Origin: Lytechinus pictus
Lineage: Eukaryota
Direction of reading: 5' to 3'
Assembly (NCBI RefSeq): GCF_037042905.1
Contig: NC_087259.1
Span: 9,796,001 to 9,860,000, forward strand
DNA: 64,000 bases
A model generated the notes under the pieces. That model made no database searches. It saw only the letters and a program-made list of their open reading frames with translations, and was not told the origin of the DNA. Shown here one piece after another: positions 49,401-62,145 of the stretch. Position 1 is the first letter of the stretch. Each line of letters opens with the position of its first letter. The position numbers and the translations under genes were made by a program.

Positions 49401-52400
49401 TGGGGGGGGCAACGATCCTGACTGGGAATGCACATTTCACGCAATGCGTAATGATGTCACAATGAATGAACAGGCTGCAGAATGAGAGTTGTTTGGAATT
49501 TGGCGCGTTTATGATATTTTTTTAAACTTTGATCCAACAAAAGTGCGGGGGGGGGGGCAACGATCCTGGCTGGGAATTCACATTTCACGAAATGCGCAAT
49601 GATGTCACAATGAATGAACAGGCTGCAGAATGAGAGTTGTTTGGAATTTGGCGCGTTTATGATATTTTTTTTACTTTGATCCAACAAAAGTGCTGGTAGT
49701 GTGAAAACAAGCACATGAGCTTTGCAAATATTTGGTGAAAATGGCATTGGTTTTTAAGAAGGTTCAGCATTACTTGTACTTCTTTAATTCGTTATAGAAA
49801 TTTTTAATATTTAGGATGCATTTTTGTTATCTTTCACCTATTTTTTCGTAAATAAAAGAGCGAACATGGCAAATGAATATTATTAAATGGATTTGCCATG
49901 TTTGGTATACAATCCTGAACTGTAAAATGTGATGAGATTCAAATGGATTTTAACTAGAGTAATAGAGGTTTACACTCAACCTTGTGATCTCGTGAGGTGT
50001 AAAAATATGCCCAGTTCTCTCGATTGGGTAATTTTCGAGAACTCTCAATTGGGTGAACCTCAGAGCTCGATAGCAAGAAATAAAGAAAAAAATCAAGCAC
50101 GTGTACTCATGTTATCTTTTTTATTTATGGAATATTAAGGTTCTAATCTTTACTCTCTGTCAAATTTGATAAAAATGGCATGGATATCATTCTTACCGTG
50201 GAACGCCCTTAAAACGGTAGGGAAGTATAACTGAGATGTCATCCATGCACTAGCGTACCTACGGGGGGAGGGGGGGGGGGGGCAGGGGGGGCACTCTGCC
50301 CCCCCTGACGAGCAACAACCCATACAAAAGACATATACCTGCCCCCCCCCTGACGAGCTTAAAATACCTTTTTGCCCCCCCCCCCCTGATGAGCTTGAAG
50401 ACCTTTTTTTATTTTTTTTATTATTATTTTTTTTTTTGCTTGTCAAATTTTTTTCTGGTACGAAAACCTATATTTTTGTATTGAAGACCTTTTTTTTTTT
50501 TTTTTTTTTTTTTGCTTGTCAATTTTTTTTCTGGTACGAAAACCTATATTTTTTTATTGAAGACCTTTTTTTTTTTTTTGGCTTGTCAAATTTTTTGGCG
50601 GCCGATTTTGCCCCCCCCCCCCTGTGGAAAATCCTAGGTACGCCACTGCATCCATGTAACTTATATCTGTTCAAATGTTTGTAATTATTATTTTGTTCAT
50701 GATTTATACTCTATTGTTTTATGTTTTTCAACTTTTATGTACGGACTTGCTGAAAAACAGCCTTGCGGCTGAAAGCAGGATTTTTATCCCGTAATCAAAT
50801 AAATAAAACATACATACATACATACATTTTGATGTATACTTTAGTTTCTATTCGGATAGACTCTGAGAGCTCTGCGCGTACAGTGTACTTAGTAAAATGA
50901 AAAGTTTTCTTTGGATACGATAATAGTTCTTCGCGGCAGTGAATTTTAAGTCAGGTTAATTCCAAAGAACTTTATTATAAATGCTCTCTAAACGCGAATA
51001 TTATAATTCATTAAAAAGTCCCCTCCCCCCCCCCCCCCCCCGTGTTAGCTTCGTTCCCCCAATACTAAAAGTGTCCCGGTACGCCTAGTATTTTGAATAT
51101 ATACGTATAACTAAATAATCATCACCAAACTAAAATTATCGTTTTGATAAATAATTAGGAAATGCAAAGAAAGTGTTAAGATGGAGATGTTCCAGGGCAT
51201 GACGTCGAGTGTATGCCGAAGGCGAAAAGGAGTCGGGATGCGATTTTGTTTTTTCGTCAGTACTTGTGCACCCGACGCGAGAGGGAAGTGGGAATGACGA
51301 TAATAATAGGCTGTTTCGTATAGGCTTTGAATCAGACCACAAATCTTGGACTTTCTATTTTCTTTTAATGAAAACAAAAACTGTGAAAAGGTGTTCCATT
51401 CGAGACGCGAACTTGCGTCCTTGAGACCGACTGTGGGATTGGTTTACTGATTGAGCTACACCAAATGAATCGAGTCGATTGATGTGTCAGAAATTGCGAT
51501 GTAATTAACGTTTCGTGTCAATGAATATTCATGAGGCGTAGCCTGACTAAATGTCCCGACAAAAGAAAAATCGCGGCCGGGAAAAGAGGCTTAATAATTA
51601 AGCAGCGACATAATAAGACCCAAGCTGCTTGTAGCATGAATAATGAAGGGATTTTGAGAATTAAATGAAAATCGGATCGAATTAAACCGAAAATCAGATT
51701 TTATGCAGATCACGGTTAAGAATTTCAGTAAGGAAAGGGAAGAGTAAAGAACAAGAAAGGTTGGATCGCTTTTAGTAGCTTATGGGATCTTAAGGTCTTA
51801 AATCAAAATCAATGAAATGCAAAAAAAAAACCTGAAAAAAAATAACAAGAACTTCTATCTATCCAACCAGACACGTAACACAGCTCTATTATGAAGGTCA
51901 CTGCGGCCGCTGATACACATTCGCCTGATTTCAAGCCGCCCCCGACGCCGCCTTTGAAGCCACCTTCGCGCCTGCATTGTTGGTGGCGTTACACTTTATA
52001 GCCGAAAGTGGACACAATAAGCTGCTTCGAGATCAATAGCCCCCTGATATACGTAAGCAGGCCCCATGTCGCCTATTAACGTGACACGAGTCGCCGTTCT
52101 TTTCACGCCAATATTTTCCATTGTTCGCTAGCAATTACTATTGCTATATGATCTATATCTAGTTCAGTGATCAAAGCCGACATGAGTCCACGAGGTGATA
52201 CACATACCAACTGTAGAACTAAAGGCGCCTTCATACAACTTCCAAATGTGGACTCAGTCCGGGGCGGCGTCAGTCCAGCAATAAAAAAACACAAAACAAA
52301 ACAAAATAAAGGAACAACAACAAGAAGAAACATTGGTGATACACAAAATTCTGACGTCGGCTTCAGTCCACTTTCGATGTTTGTGTAGCACAACCATATG

Positions 52401-55400
52401 ACAATCTCATGCGCGTTAAGAATGTCACCATGCGACACGAGTGTTAAAATTGCACTTAAAATCAATTTAACAAGTTGGGATGATATTAAAGGGACTGCTC
52501 TTCACTACCAGTTGATATCTGAACAGAAAATTATGTGTCGATCGACCGGGTCATATCAGAAATCATTCGGCATTTTATAATAATAATAATAATATGGACT
52601 ATCTATATAGCGCAGATAATATATTAATATACTCTAATGCGCTTAAAAATTGGTATCATAATTATTATTATCCCGGCTGTAGCCGAGCCGCCATACAGGC
52701 GCTCAAGCATTCGATGAAAATCCTTCCTACCGGGTACCCATTCACCTCACCTGGGTTGAGTGCAGCACAATGTGGGTAAATTTCTTGCTGAAGGAAAACA
52801 CGGCATGGTTGGGATTAGAACCACGTCCCTCAGATCGCAAGACGAGAGTCGTATAACCCCTAGACCACGACGCCCCCATCTTATAAAAACATCTCCTGGG
52901 GCCCGTAACACAAAGCTTAGCAATGGTCGTAGAAAATTTGTCTACGATTGATTGCATTGACTACAGTGTACAATCAATCGTGAAAATCATGCGTACGATC
53001 AATTGCTAACCTTTGTGTTGTGGGACCCTGATGAGATCTAATTGAAACGGTGAAATAGCCTCAATTACACAGACAGTAACATAGTTTCAAAAGCTAAGTG
53101 ATATTTTTTTTCCCATTTGGGTTAAGGAAGTTCAGTGACATCGGCGGATCCAGGGGGGTGGCGCAGGGGGCGCGCGCCCCCCCTAATATTTGAGCGGCGC
53201 CGCTCCAAATAAATAATAAAAGAAAAGTAAAAGAAAGAAAAGGCGCGCCGCTTGAAAAAATAAAAATAAAGGAAAGAAAAGAAAAGGCGCTTCTTAAAAA
53301 AATATACACTGGTATAACATTAGAAAAAGTAAAGAAAAGACTATCCACCAGCAAAGCACAATCATATCATCTTCCTTATCTTTTCTTTTAACTACCTTTT
53401 TACCAATAACTTCGCCGGTAGCAGTGCGCTGCCTGCATCTCACTGGCGCCAATCAAGAATAATCAGCGCCACCTAAATCTAAATCGGCGCCGGACAAGAA
53501 TAATCGGCGCCATCTGGTTATAAATCGGCGCTGCCTTAGTCTTAACCGGCGCCGATCAAGAATAATCAGCGCCACCTAAATCTAAATCGGCGCCGGACAA
53601 GAATAATCGGCGCCATCTGGTTATAAATCGGCGCTGCCTGAGTCTAAACCGGCGCCGATCAACTTAAATAATCAGCGCCACCTAAATCTAAATCGGCGCC
53701 GGACAAGAATAATCGGCGCCATCTGGTTATAAATCGGCGCCGGTAAAGAGAAATTGGCGCTGCCTGCGTTCTTAACCGGCGCCGATCAAGGATAATCAGC
53801 GCCACCTATATCTAAATCGGGGCTGGTCAAGAATAACCAGCGCCATCTGGTTGTAAATCGACGCTGCCTGAGTCTTAACCGGCGCCGATCAACTTAAATA
53901 ATCAGCGCCACCTAAATCCAAATCGGCGCCAGACAAGAATAATCAGCATCACCTGGTTAAAAATCGGCGCCAGTCAAGAATAATCGGCGCCTCCTAGTTC
54001 TAAATCGACGCATATATTGCCGCTGCCTGAATCTTATGTGACGTCGGTAAAAAATAATCAGCACTACTTGTTTAAATCGGCGCCGGTCAAGACAAATCGG
54101 CGCTGCATTTGTCGTAACCGGCGCCACCTAAATCTAGATCGGCGCCAGTCAAGAATGATAAGCGGCACCTGGTTATACATTGTATTGTTGAATGGTCATA
54201 ACGAATAACTGGGGCGGGACAGTTGCCCACAGATGTCATGAAATCTTTAATTTTTTATTTTAAAAAATCCCAGAATCATACAAAAGTGTAGAGCAAATCC
54301 TTTAATTTTGATCTTATTTTCCAATGCTTTAGTAAGAAAAGGTGAGATTGAGCTTCACAACTCGTTCTTTATTTAAAATCGTGCTCAAATTGTCCGCTTT
54401 TCAGATTGGAATATAAAAAATTTCAGCTCGCGCTTCGCGCTCGCATCATTTCTGTAGCAAACCCCCATACTTTTCATGATTAAATAGGTGAATAGAATGT
54501 CTCGTTTTCAGTTCTGAACCTCAAAAGAACTCCCGCTTCTATTTGCAATGATCTATTGTTGGATATAATCTTGTTCTATATCAAAAACGTACATTGAACT
54601 TTTTTTTTTTTTCAGATCGAAATATCAAAATTTTAAGCTCGCGCTTTGCGCTCGCATCTATTGTTTTTTTTGTTGTAGATACCCATCTTAATCATTGGTA
54701 CCAAAAATGCTTAGAATATCGAGCATTTAATTTTGCCAGAATATAAAGAAATTTCAGCTCGCCCTCGGCACTCGCATTATCTGTGTAGTGAGATATGTAT
54801 CCTCCTCATGAGTTACTACAAACAGTCCTAAAAAGGCACCTTTTTCCTGCTTTCAGGTCAGTATACTTAAAAAATTTCAGCTCGCGCTTCGCGCTCGCAT
54901 TAATTTGTTGGTGAGATTTGTGTCTCTATCTCATGAGTCATATAAATAAATCGCACATAACATGCATAATTTGTGTTACTTTTTGCTTGTTACTTTCTTT
55001 GTTAAGTTTTTCTATCCCTCTCTATATATCTTTTAGAAAGATTATACTTATGTATATTTTCTGTTATAATGAGATTTAAGTGGACTTCAGGGAATGGCTG
55101 TACGCAGCAAGGGGGAAGGGGGGGGGCAAATTCGCGATCAGCTGTTGTGAAAAACAATTTTTTCCCCTTAACATTTCATGAAAACTATGAAAAATGTGCA
55201 CCAAATACTTATATTACACTTGTAAAAAAAAAATCGTCCCATTGAGCAGCTCGGTCCGTTTACTCTTTCGTTTTTTGTTTGTTTGTATTTTTCTAAAATT
55301 TGTTCTAGTCTCGTCCCCTCCCGGAAATATTATCTTCGTGTGGTCATGCAAAATGTCATGACTTGAAATCCTACATTTTGAAAAGGACATTTGACAGGGT

Positions 55401-58364
55401 CAGACTTTACCCCTTTTTCAACATTTTCTTTTATGGCGCCGGTGAAGTGCAAAAATATGTGCGCCGCTCGGCAGTGCGCCCCCCCCTTTCGCCAAAAGCT
55501 GGATCCGCCTATGAGTGATTTGCCCTTCCTAAAATCAATGTTAGATGGCAAATCACATACATACACTTTTGTCATTCACCTATGTATTGGCTCGAATGAA
55601 TATCTTTCCCTTCCTGATGTAATCGTGGTACCCCTAAACCGTAAACTGCCGGTAGAAATAGCAGAAAGATATCAGCTAGCCGATAATGTTGGCCCATTTG
55701 TAATTCCAAAAGAAGGAAAAACGGAATTCAATTTCAGATGGTCATGGGTATGTGTGATGAAGATCTATAAATTATGAATTGTATCACCATTATATCTTTT
55801 AGAAACAGGGAAATATTCCAAAAAGGATTTCAATTGGGCTAAACAGGAATCGGTGACTAAATGAGCACAACAATGTCAGGACCCAGACATAGCGTATGGG
55901 GGATGTGTTATAAAACCCTGCTAACGAGCAACAAACATTAACCTTTAAAAATACAAACATGAAATTTTGGGATGGATTTCCGTATTTCACCCTTTGTTGT
56001 GCAACTTTTCTTTGTCTTGAAAAATAATGTTTGGGTCCGTGGCCCGAAAGCCACCCCCTCCCCTCTGTATGTAAGTATAAGGAAATCATGTGGTCATAAT
56101 ATTATCTAGTGTCACGTTTACATATACCTACCAAACTTGGAGTGTGGATGTTGTTTAATCATGTTCCTTCGAGGTATAATATAACGATCGATGAATATAA
56201 AAAAGAAAAATGAAATGTGACGTCATGCGGAATTTTAAGTGTGAAACACTACTTTTGTTTTGTTACAATATATTATTGTGAAATACTAAAAAAATCGTTA
56301 AAATTATGTTATTGTAAAATCAAATATTATCAAAAGTATTGATTTTTCATTTGATCATGCAGCCCGGTTATGACGTCGAAGTGATCAAGAAACTTCTTCT
56401 GACTGACCTCTCGGGAAGTTTCGGCGATGTTTCTATCAAGCACACCTTCACTGCTGCCATCAATGGGTTTTCAGCTAAACTCAACAACCAGGCTCTCGAA
56501 AAGGTATGTGTATCACATAATCAATGTAAATTAATACATTGGCCTGTTGCGACTCTAGAAATCAAATGCAACTTGATTTTGAGTCAGTCATAGGCGAATA
56601 TTCGAAGTTATTGTGCTTGATCTTTAGAGCGGCGTTTAAACGCAACTCTCTGTAACGGACCCTGGAACTGATAAAGAGAAACAGGGTCGACATGATTTAC
56701 CTAATTGTACACAATTTTGCAGCCCACAAAACCAGAAAAAATGCATTATGAACTTAAAATCATGAAACGAAAGAAAATACAAGTCAGCAACGCCAGGAGC
56801 AATGCGTTGTTGTGAAGTGGATTTCCAATTTGGAATCATTGGTCTGTATACAGATCAGTGCTTGGAACCATTAAGAGATTCTCCTTGTCACTTATACCAT
56901 GGTCATATTTGCTCTACGGCGGCCGTACGGCGAGTCGAAAACAGCCGTTTCAACATTTTTTGGACCAACTACATATAGGTGGTTTGAATTAAAATTAATA
57001 AAACGGCTGTTTTCGACTCGCCGTACGGCCGCCGTAGAGCAAATATGACCAAGGTATTAGTTAGTAATTGAACGCTTTTCGGATTTACTGAGAAAACAAG
57101 CCTTCGTGTAGCTTACCTACATGGCAGAGCACTGAGAACGGCGATTTTTTATCCCAACACACCCGCTTCCCAGGGACACGCTATATTTATTTTCTTATTT
57201 ATTTATTTCTGATATTTTGACAGGGTAGCCCATTCACCAATAAGTAGTGGTCTTCCATGGGGCCCTGAATAAACATATTTACAAAATGCATAACGTATGT
57301 ACAGAATGTTACGGCATTAAGATTCACATTAGGATTTGAATGTAAAACGAAACATTAACAAACTTAGCAGCAAGTACAAAACGCAGACGGGCACTCGTTT
57401 GACGTATAATCAAATATCATTAAAATCAAATTAACTAAGAACGACATCTTGAAAATACTGATAATATACACCAAATCATCAAGGTCATGCTAACACAAAA
57501 TACGCACAACAGTGGATGTTCCGCAAGTTATTTATAAATTACAAGTTCTTTTAAACATTCTCTTAAATGAAATGACAGAAGGAGCTGTTCTAATTGAATT
57601 ATCAAGCTTATTCCATTCCAATATTGAAGAAACAATTGGACATGTCCAATACATATTGCTCTATGGTTTTCGAGCTAATAATGTTTTGCTCTTAAATTTT
57701 ACTCTTAATTAACATATTTCACTCTCGGGCAAAAACATTTGTCACAGTCATATTTGATGTATTATCTCTTGATAGCTTTTGGCCCGAGAGGAGATCAAGT
57801 ACATTACGGAAGATGGTGAAATTCACACTGCGGCTGTTTCGTCTTGGGGTCTGGATCGCATAGATCAGCGTTCATTGCCTCTGGATGGAGCTTACAAGGC
57901 CAAGGGTAAGTTTTATTTTCTTTTTTTATATGATGAATATAATAACCCTTTTAAAGGTATTGTTTAACTTTGTGAGCAGCCGATTTAAAAAATGCTCAAA
58001 CCAAGATGAAACATGTGTACAAGTGCATGTATTAGAACTAATAAACCCTGAAAACAACCATTATTGAGAATGAAAAACTAAAACTACAAGGCAAACCCCG
58101 ATTTTGTAAATAGGCGTCTTATAGACGCCTAAATAGTACACATAAGTGTATGGGATGAAATTAAGATGGTGTTTTCGGTCACTTTATATTTCAATTTTTT
58201 AAGCACTAAATAATTATTTTAGAACGCAATTTTTTTCTGGGATTCATTTTTGTAACATATCACAGACACAGGTGACAAGTCTGACCTTCTAGCTCAGATT
58301 TTTTAAAAGTCAAACCAATGTTAACCAATCACTTTAACTGTTGCAATCATATCTTCCTTCCTTG

Positions 58365-58403
<39 letters not shown>

Positions 58404-61400
58404 ATCTAACACACACCCCCACAACCCACATATCTACATGTATATGTGAGAAACAGTCTTGGCAACTCTTTTTTTTCTGAATATGTTGTAAACAAAAATT
58501 AATGAAGAGAAAAGGGGTAGGCGAAGCTTAAATCAAGGTTTCCCAGAGCTACCTACCCTTTTGAAACTTTGGTGAGACCGAAAAAATGTATCTGCCGGGA
58601 ATCGAACCATGGCCCCCAGCTTAACTAGAATGCCGGTACCTCAACTACTAGACCACAGAGATGGGTTACCAGCAAGGGCGAAACAAACCCAATTGACCGT
58701 CAGAGAAAAGGATTTTCGACGCCACCAATAAGATTTCCTTTTTCGGGTATAAATGAGTTTTGAACAATGACAAGCCACCATGCCTCAGCTGGATTAAAAC
58801 AAATACTTAGATACTCAAACTGTTGCCAAAGCTGTTGTTCATGTATAATTTGTTCCATACATGTGCTGTATATTATTGTAATAGTTTCATTAAATACTGG
58901 CCTATATATTTTTTGTGTTATTTCCGCGTTTTACTGGAATTGTCGAAGAGAATTTCATTCTAGATTTTGAAGTAAAAAATAATAAATTGAAAAAGATAAA
59001 TATCAAGCTATTGGATAATTAAAGGTCAAGTCCACCCCAAAAAATTGTTGATTTGAATCGATAGCGAAAAATCAAACAAACATAACGCTGCAAATTTCAT
59101 CAAAATCGGATGTAAAATAAGAAAGTTATGACATTTTTAAGTTTCGCTTATTTTTCACAAAACAGTTCGATGCGCAACTCAGCGATATGCAAATGAGAGA
59201 GTCGATGATGTTCATCACTCACTATTTCTTTTGTTTTTTATTGTTTGAATAATACAATATTTCAATTTTTACAGATTTGACAATAAGGACTAACTTAAAT
59301 TAACCATAAACTGTTAAAGTAATGGTAATTGCACATGTTCAGGGAGAATTAAAACTTTGTTTCACTTGACAAGGAGTAGAAAATTAGAATAATTCATATT
59401 TCATATAATAAAATACAAAAGAAATAGTGAGTGGATGACGTCATCAGTCTGCCGATTTGCACACTGACCAGGATGTGCATATAACTGTTATGTGAAATTA
59501 AGCGAGACTTTAAAATATCATAACTTTCTTATTTTACATCCGATTTTGATGAAATTTTCAGTGATTTGCTTGTTGGATTTTTCTCCTTTTTTCAAATCAA
59601 CTTTTTGTTGGGGTGGACTTGTCCTTTAACTAATTTCCCTTTAAAATAGCCATCGAAAGAAACTTCACGATAAGTGATGATTACAGTCAAGTTATATATT
59701 GAAAGGTCTAGTCTTGTTATACACAAATATGTCACTAAAGAGTCTCATAGATGCCATGGAAATGCGAGAGATACAGAGACACTTCCCGGCCCTGTTGCAC
59801 CACAAATTGTCGCCCCTGCACAAATTGCCGCATAATTTAGGTGACAATTTGTGGAGGAGGGGACACCACAATTTGTCGCCCCATTTTACTTCACACTTAA
59901 GAAAAAAAAAATTGGTCATGTCGTGTTGCAATTGCAAATAGACCATTCGACTATTAGACGAATTAGTCACTAGACCAAATGAGAATTAGACCAAGTATAT
60001 ATTAGACCAATTGCAAATTAGACCAAATTATCAGTAGACCAAATTGGTTAAGCCCATGTGTTGTTAGACCATGTGGATAAAAACCGAATTTTCCACAGGC
60101 TCTGCTGCTGATCTCTATATTAGCCTCCCCAAAGGTAAATTGCCAGTTGGTCTAAACCCGATTTGACTAATGGCCATTTAGCCTCATCCTATATACATGG
60201 TTTAATTCCATTACGTCTACAACCAGTTCACCTTTTGATCTAATTGTCATTTTACCTATTTACCATTCCGTCTAATTTCAATTTGGTCTAATTTCTAATT
60301 GGTCTAACACCACTTGGTCAATTCATGTAACTGGTCGACTGGAAATATTTATTTGGGATTTAAACGAAAAGGCGATTAGACCATATGGCTATTCCACGAT
60401 TCGGCAGTATTATACCGACCAATTGTTTACGACCAAGTCCTATACATTAGACCAAGCGGAAGTTAGACCAGACTGTTACCAGAGCAAATGGGTTTAGCTC
60501 GTATTGTATTAGACGATCAGAGAGTTTGACCAACTGCCACTGCTAGACCAAATGGATATACCCCCAACTAATAATTAAAAAAATAATAATGCACACATAT
60601 ACACACACGCACACAACCTTAGCACAAACAACGACACACACTGCACATACACTACACTCCAGACTGGTGATTGAAGACAATTTGTGTAACTGTGTAATGG
60701 GCGACAATTTGTGGTTCTAGGTTTCCTTTTACCTACACAAATTGGCTCAATATGCTTACAAATTGAGATCGGCACAAAATTGTCGCGGGGCGACAATTTG
60801 TGGTGCAACGTACAGGCCCCCTGAGCGGTCGCAAACAGTCTTAATGATGACGTCACAGACTACACCACCGACCTGCTCCCCGCGTAATGTATGCATGCAT
60901 CTAAACCCCTCCCTGATTTGTTTTTTCTTCAAGTTTTTACCGTTTGTTCCGTGTACCTGGATATTCAATTCCTGGTTCATACATCTTCAAACACTATAGT
61001 GAACAGAAGTTGTGTTATTTTAGACGTTTTTATTGAATTATAAACTGAAAAGACCGAGTTAGGACTTCGAAATATTCGCTATTTTGCACCAGTACAGTGC
61101 AGTGTTTGTTGAAAACTGCAAGCTATTGCGGTGCCTGTATTATGCCAGTTGCAGTGGCACTGCGATGGAGCCGATGCTGCGGTATTTGATCTCGTTCATC
61201 GTCAACGGCGGGTACTTCCGCTTGTAATTCTCCTCCTTCAAGCTAAATATCCGAACTTCTCAACAAACATTTTGTTGCAAGTAGAAATCATCAAAAGCGT
61301 TAGTAACACGTACGTGGTACTAATTGACCAATTGTATAACATTTTGCTATCTGATATAAATATTCCACCTTCTGAGCTCGACTTTTTTGTTTAAATCACC

Positions 61401-61949
61401 ACAAAACTTTTGTCCGAGAAGTATACTATTTTCAGAATGGTTTTCAATTATTTCTCGCGTACATGACATGGTTTCCAATATCGTCATCCCGTGAACATTG
61501 AATTGCTTCGACCCCGACCATCATGCAGAAGTGTACTATAGACCTTATGTATGACGTCCTCGCACTGCCATCTTGGAGGCTGATGCCATTGCCTCGGATG
61601 CGTTGGCAATCTGCAGTTGGTGCTTGACAAACGTTTACGCGTATTCCATAATTATCCGAGGGAGAGCGGGCGCAATGAGACAATGACGTCATATGCATAT
61701 TGTCTATAGGCCTTTCAAATGCCATGACTTTTCTGATGTGACAAAAATGTATAGTCTGCAAATTACGATATCCTCCTAAAAGGCATGACACTGAGGTTTA
61801 TGTATTATTATTATTATTTTATTTTTAATACAGGTTGTGGAGCAGGTGTTAATGTGTATGTCGCCGATACAGGAATTTACACAGACAGTTTGTTTTTTGG
61901 AGGTCGAGCCTCCCCTGTCTTTGATGCATCCGACGATGGTCCACCATTA
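46324..61949 (+). CDS. Secreted proteinase K-family subtilase, right copy, exons 1-4 (3'-partial, continues beyond the window)
   Basis: join(46324-46437, 56363-56503, 57776-57905, 61834-61949); exon lengths and phases are the same as in the left copy. Confidence 0.9.
49402..49693 (+). repeat. 148-bp tandem duplication, right arm only
   Basis: AACGATCCTG at 49411 and 49559 start two near-identical units. Confidence 0.8.
50248..50648. mobile_element. hAT-like MITE (same family as 19718-20046), right arm only
   Basis: CACTAGCGTACCTA...TAGGTACGCCACTG; 8-bp TSD CATCCATG (50240-50247, 50649-50656). Confidence 0.88.
50649..50825 (+). mobile_element. 5'-truncated LINE 3' end with (CATA)n tail, right arm only
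   Basis: AT-rich body, AATAAA and (CATA)n; absent from the mirrored left-arm site (~41495-41510). Confidence 0.55.
52580..52876 (-). mobile_element. tRNA-derived SINE (same family as 27745-28026)
   Basis: A/B-box-like head at ~52810-52876, shared core and GCGCTATATAG...(ATT)n tail. Confidence 0.8.
52897..53029. mobile_element. Short palindromic Harbinger-like MITE
   Basis: GGGGCCCGTAACACAAAG...CTTTGTGTTGTGGGACCC. Confidence 0.65.
53139..55513. mobile_element. 2.4-kb non-autonomous DNA element carrying two minisatellites
   Basis: TIRs CATCGGCGGATCCA / TGGATCCGCCTATG, flanked by a 5-bp direct repeat AGTGA (53134-53138, 55514-55518). Confidence 0.7.
53440..54175. repeat. GGCGCC-core minisatellite, ~20-21-bp monomers in a ~103-106-bp higher-order repeat
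   Basis: AATCAGCGCCACCTAAATCT recurs at 53461, 53564 and 53670; five monomer types per unit. Confidence 0.85.
56363..56503 (+). CDS. Subtilase right copy exon 2
   Basis: atgcag|[47 protein letters not shown]|gtatgt. Confidence 0.9.
56895..57056. mobile_element. Tourist/Harbinger MITE
   Basis: ~55-bp near-perfect TIRs TACCATGGTCATATTTGCTCTACGGCGGCCGTACGG...; TSD TTA on both sides. Confidence 0.88.
57185..57715 (-). mobile_element. LINE (CR1/L2-like) 3' fragment
   Basis: The minus strand encodes ...SSILEWNKLDNSIRTAPSVISFKRMFK..., the typical WNxL...S...FK ORF2 C-terminus, followed by a 3' UTR and an A-rich tail. Confidence 0.7.
57776..57905 (+). CDS. Subtilase right copy exon 3
   Basis: tgatag|[43 protein letters not shown](G)|gtaagt. 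Confidence 0.92.
57955..58333. mobile_element. TTAAAG...CTTTAA-bounded element
   Basis: TTAA|AGGTATTGTTTAAC...GTTAACCAATCACT|TTAA. Confidence 0.6.
59023..59625. mobile_element. TTAA-flanked (Kolobok-like) MITE
   Basis: TTAA|AGGTCAAGTCCACCCC...GGGGTGGACTTGTCCT|TTAA; family of 20620-21222. Confidence 0.85.
59788..60818. mobile_element. DNA element with CACAAATTGTCGCCCC subterminal repeats, containing a nested TAGACCA-repeat array
   Basis: GGCCCTGTTGCACCACAAATTGTCGCCCC ... GGGGCGACAATTTGTGGTGCAAC..GGCC. Confidence 0.6.
61537..61707. mobile_element. ATAGAC...GTCTAT MITE upstream of exon 4 (right copy)
   Basis: Same position as 29134-29301 relative to exon 4; a partial inverted partner lies at ~61978-62030. 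Confidence 0.75.
61834..61949 (+). CDS. Subtilase right copy exon 4 (catalytic Asp)
   Basis: atacag|(G)CGAGVNVYVADTGIYTDSLFFGGRASPVFDASDDGPPL|gtaagt. Confidence 0.92.
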
Positions 61950-62145
61950 GTAAGTTGCGCGCAAGCCATAAAGTTGGTCGACCTTAAGCATATGACGTCA
62001 TGATGTCATAGCGCATTTTATCAGATGATTAAAATTAGATAAAATTATGATTAAATAAAATTATAATTAAGATTAACGTATTCATATAATCGTCGCCATT
62101 TGGATTAACGTCCAATGGGCTTTCCCGTCGCGGAAGCCCTACTAA

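Larger units (their letters stand above)
35500..56503. repeat. Large inverted duplication (palindrome): arms ~35500-45842 and ~45953-56503
   Basis: Continuous reverse-complement homology from the centre out to exon 2, interrupted by arm-specific insertions and deletions; spacer ~45843-45952. Confidence 0.93.

Noticed and set aside
53440-54900. Repeat-spacer-like arrays resembling CRISPR
   Set aside because: The linkers are themselves repeated or homologous, there are no cas genes, the context is eukaryotic, and the arrays lie inside a TIR element.
23150-61949. Bacterial contamination or recent horizontal transfer of an aqualysin-like protease
   Set aside because: The genes have canonical spliceosomal introns full of host repeats, and the intron positions appear to match PCSK9.
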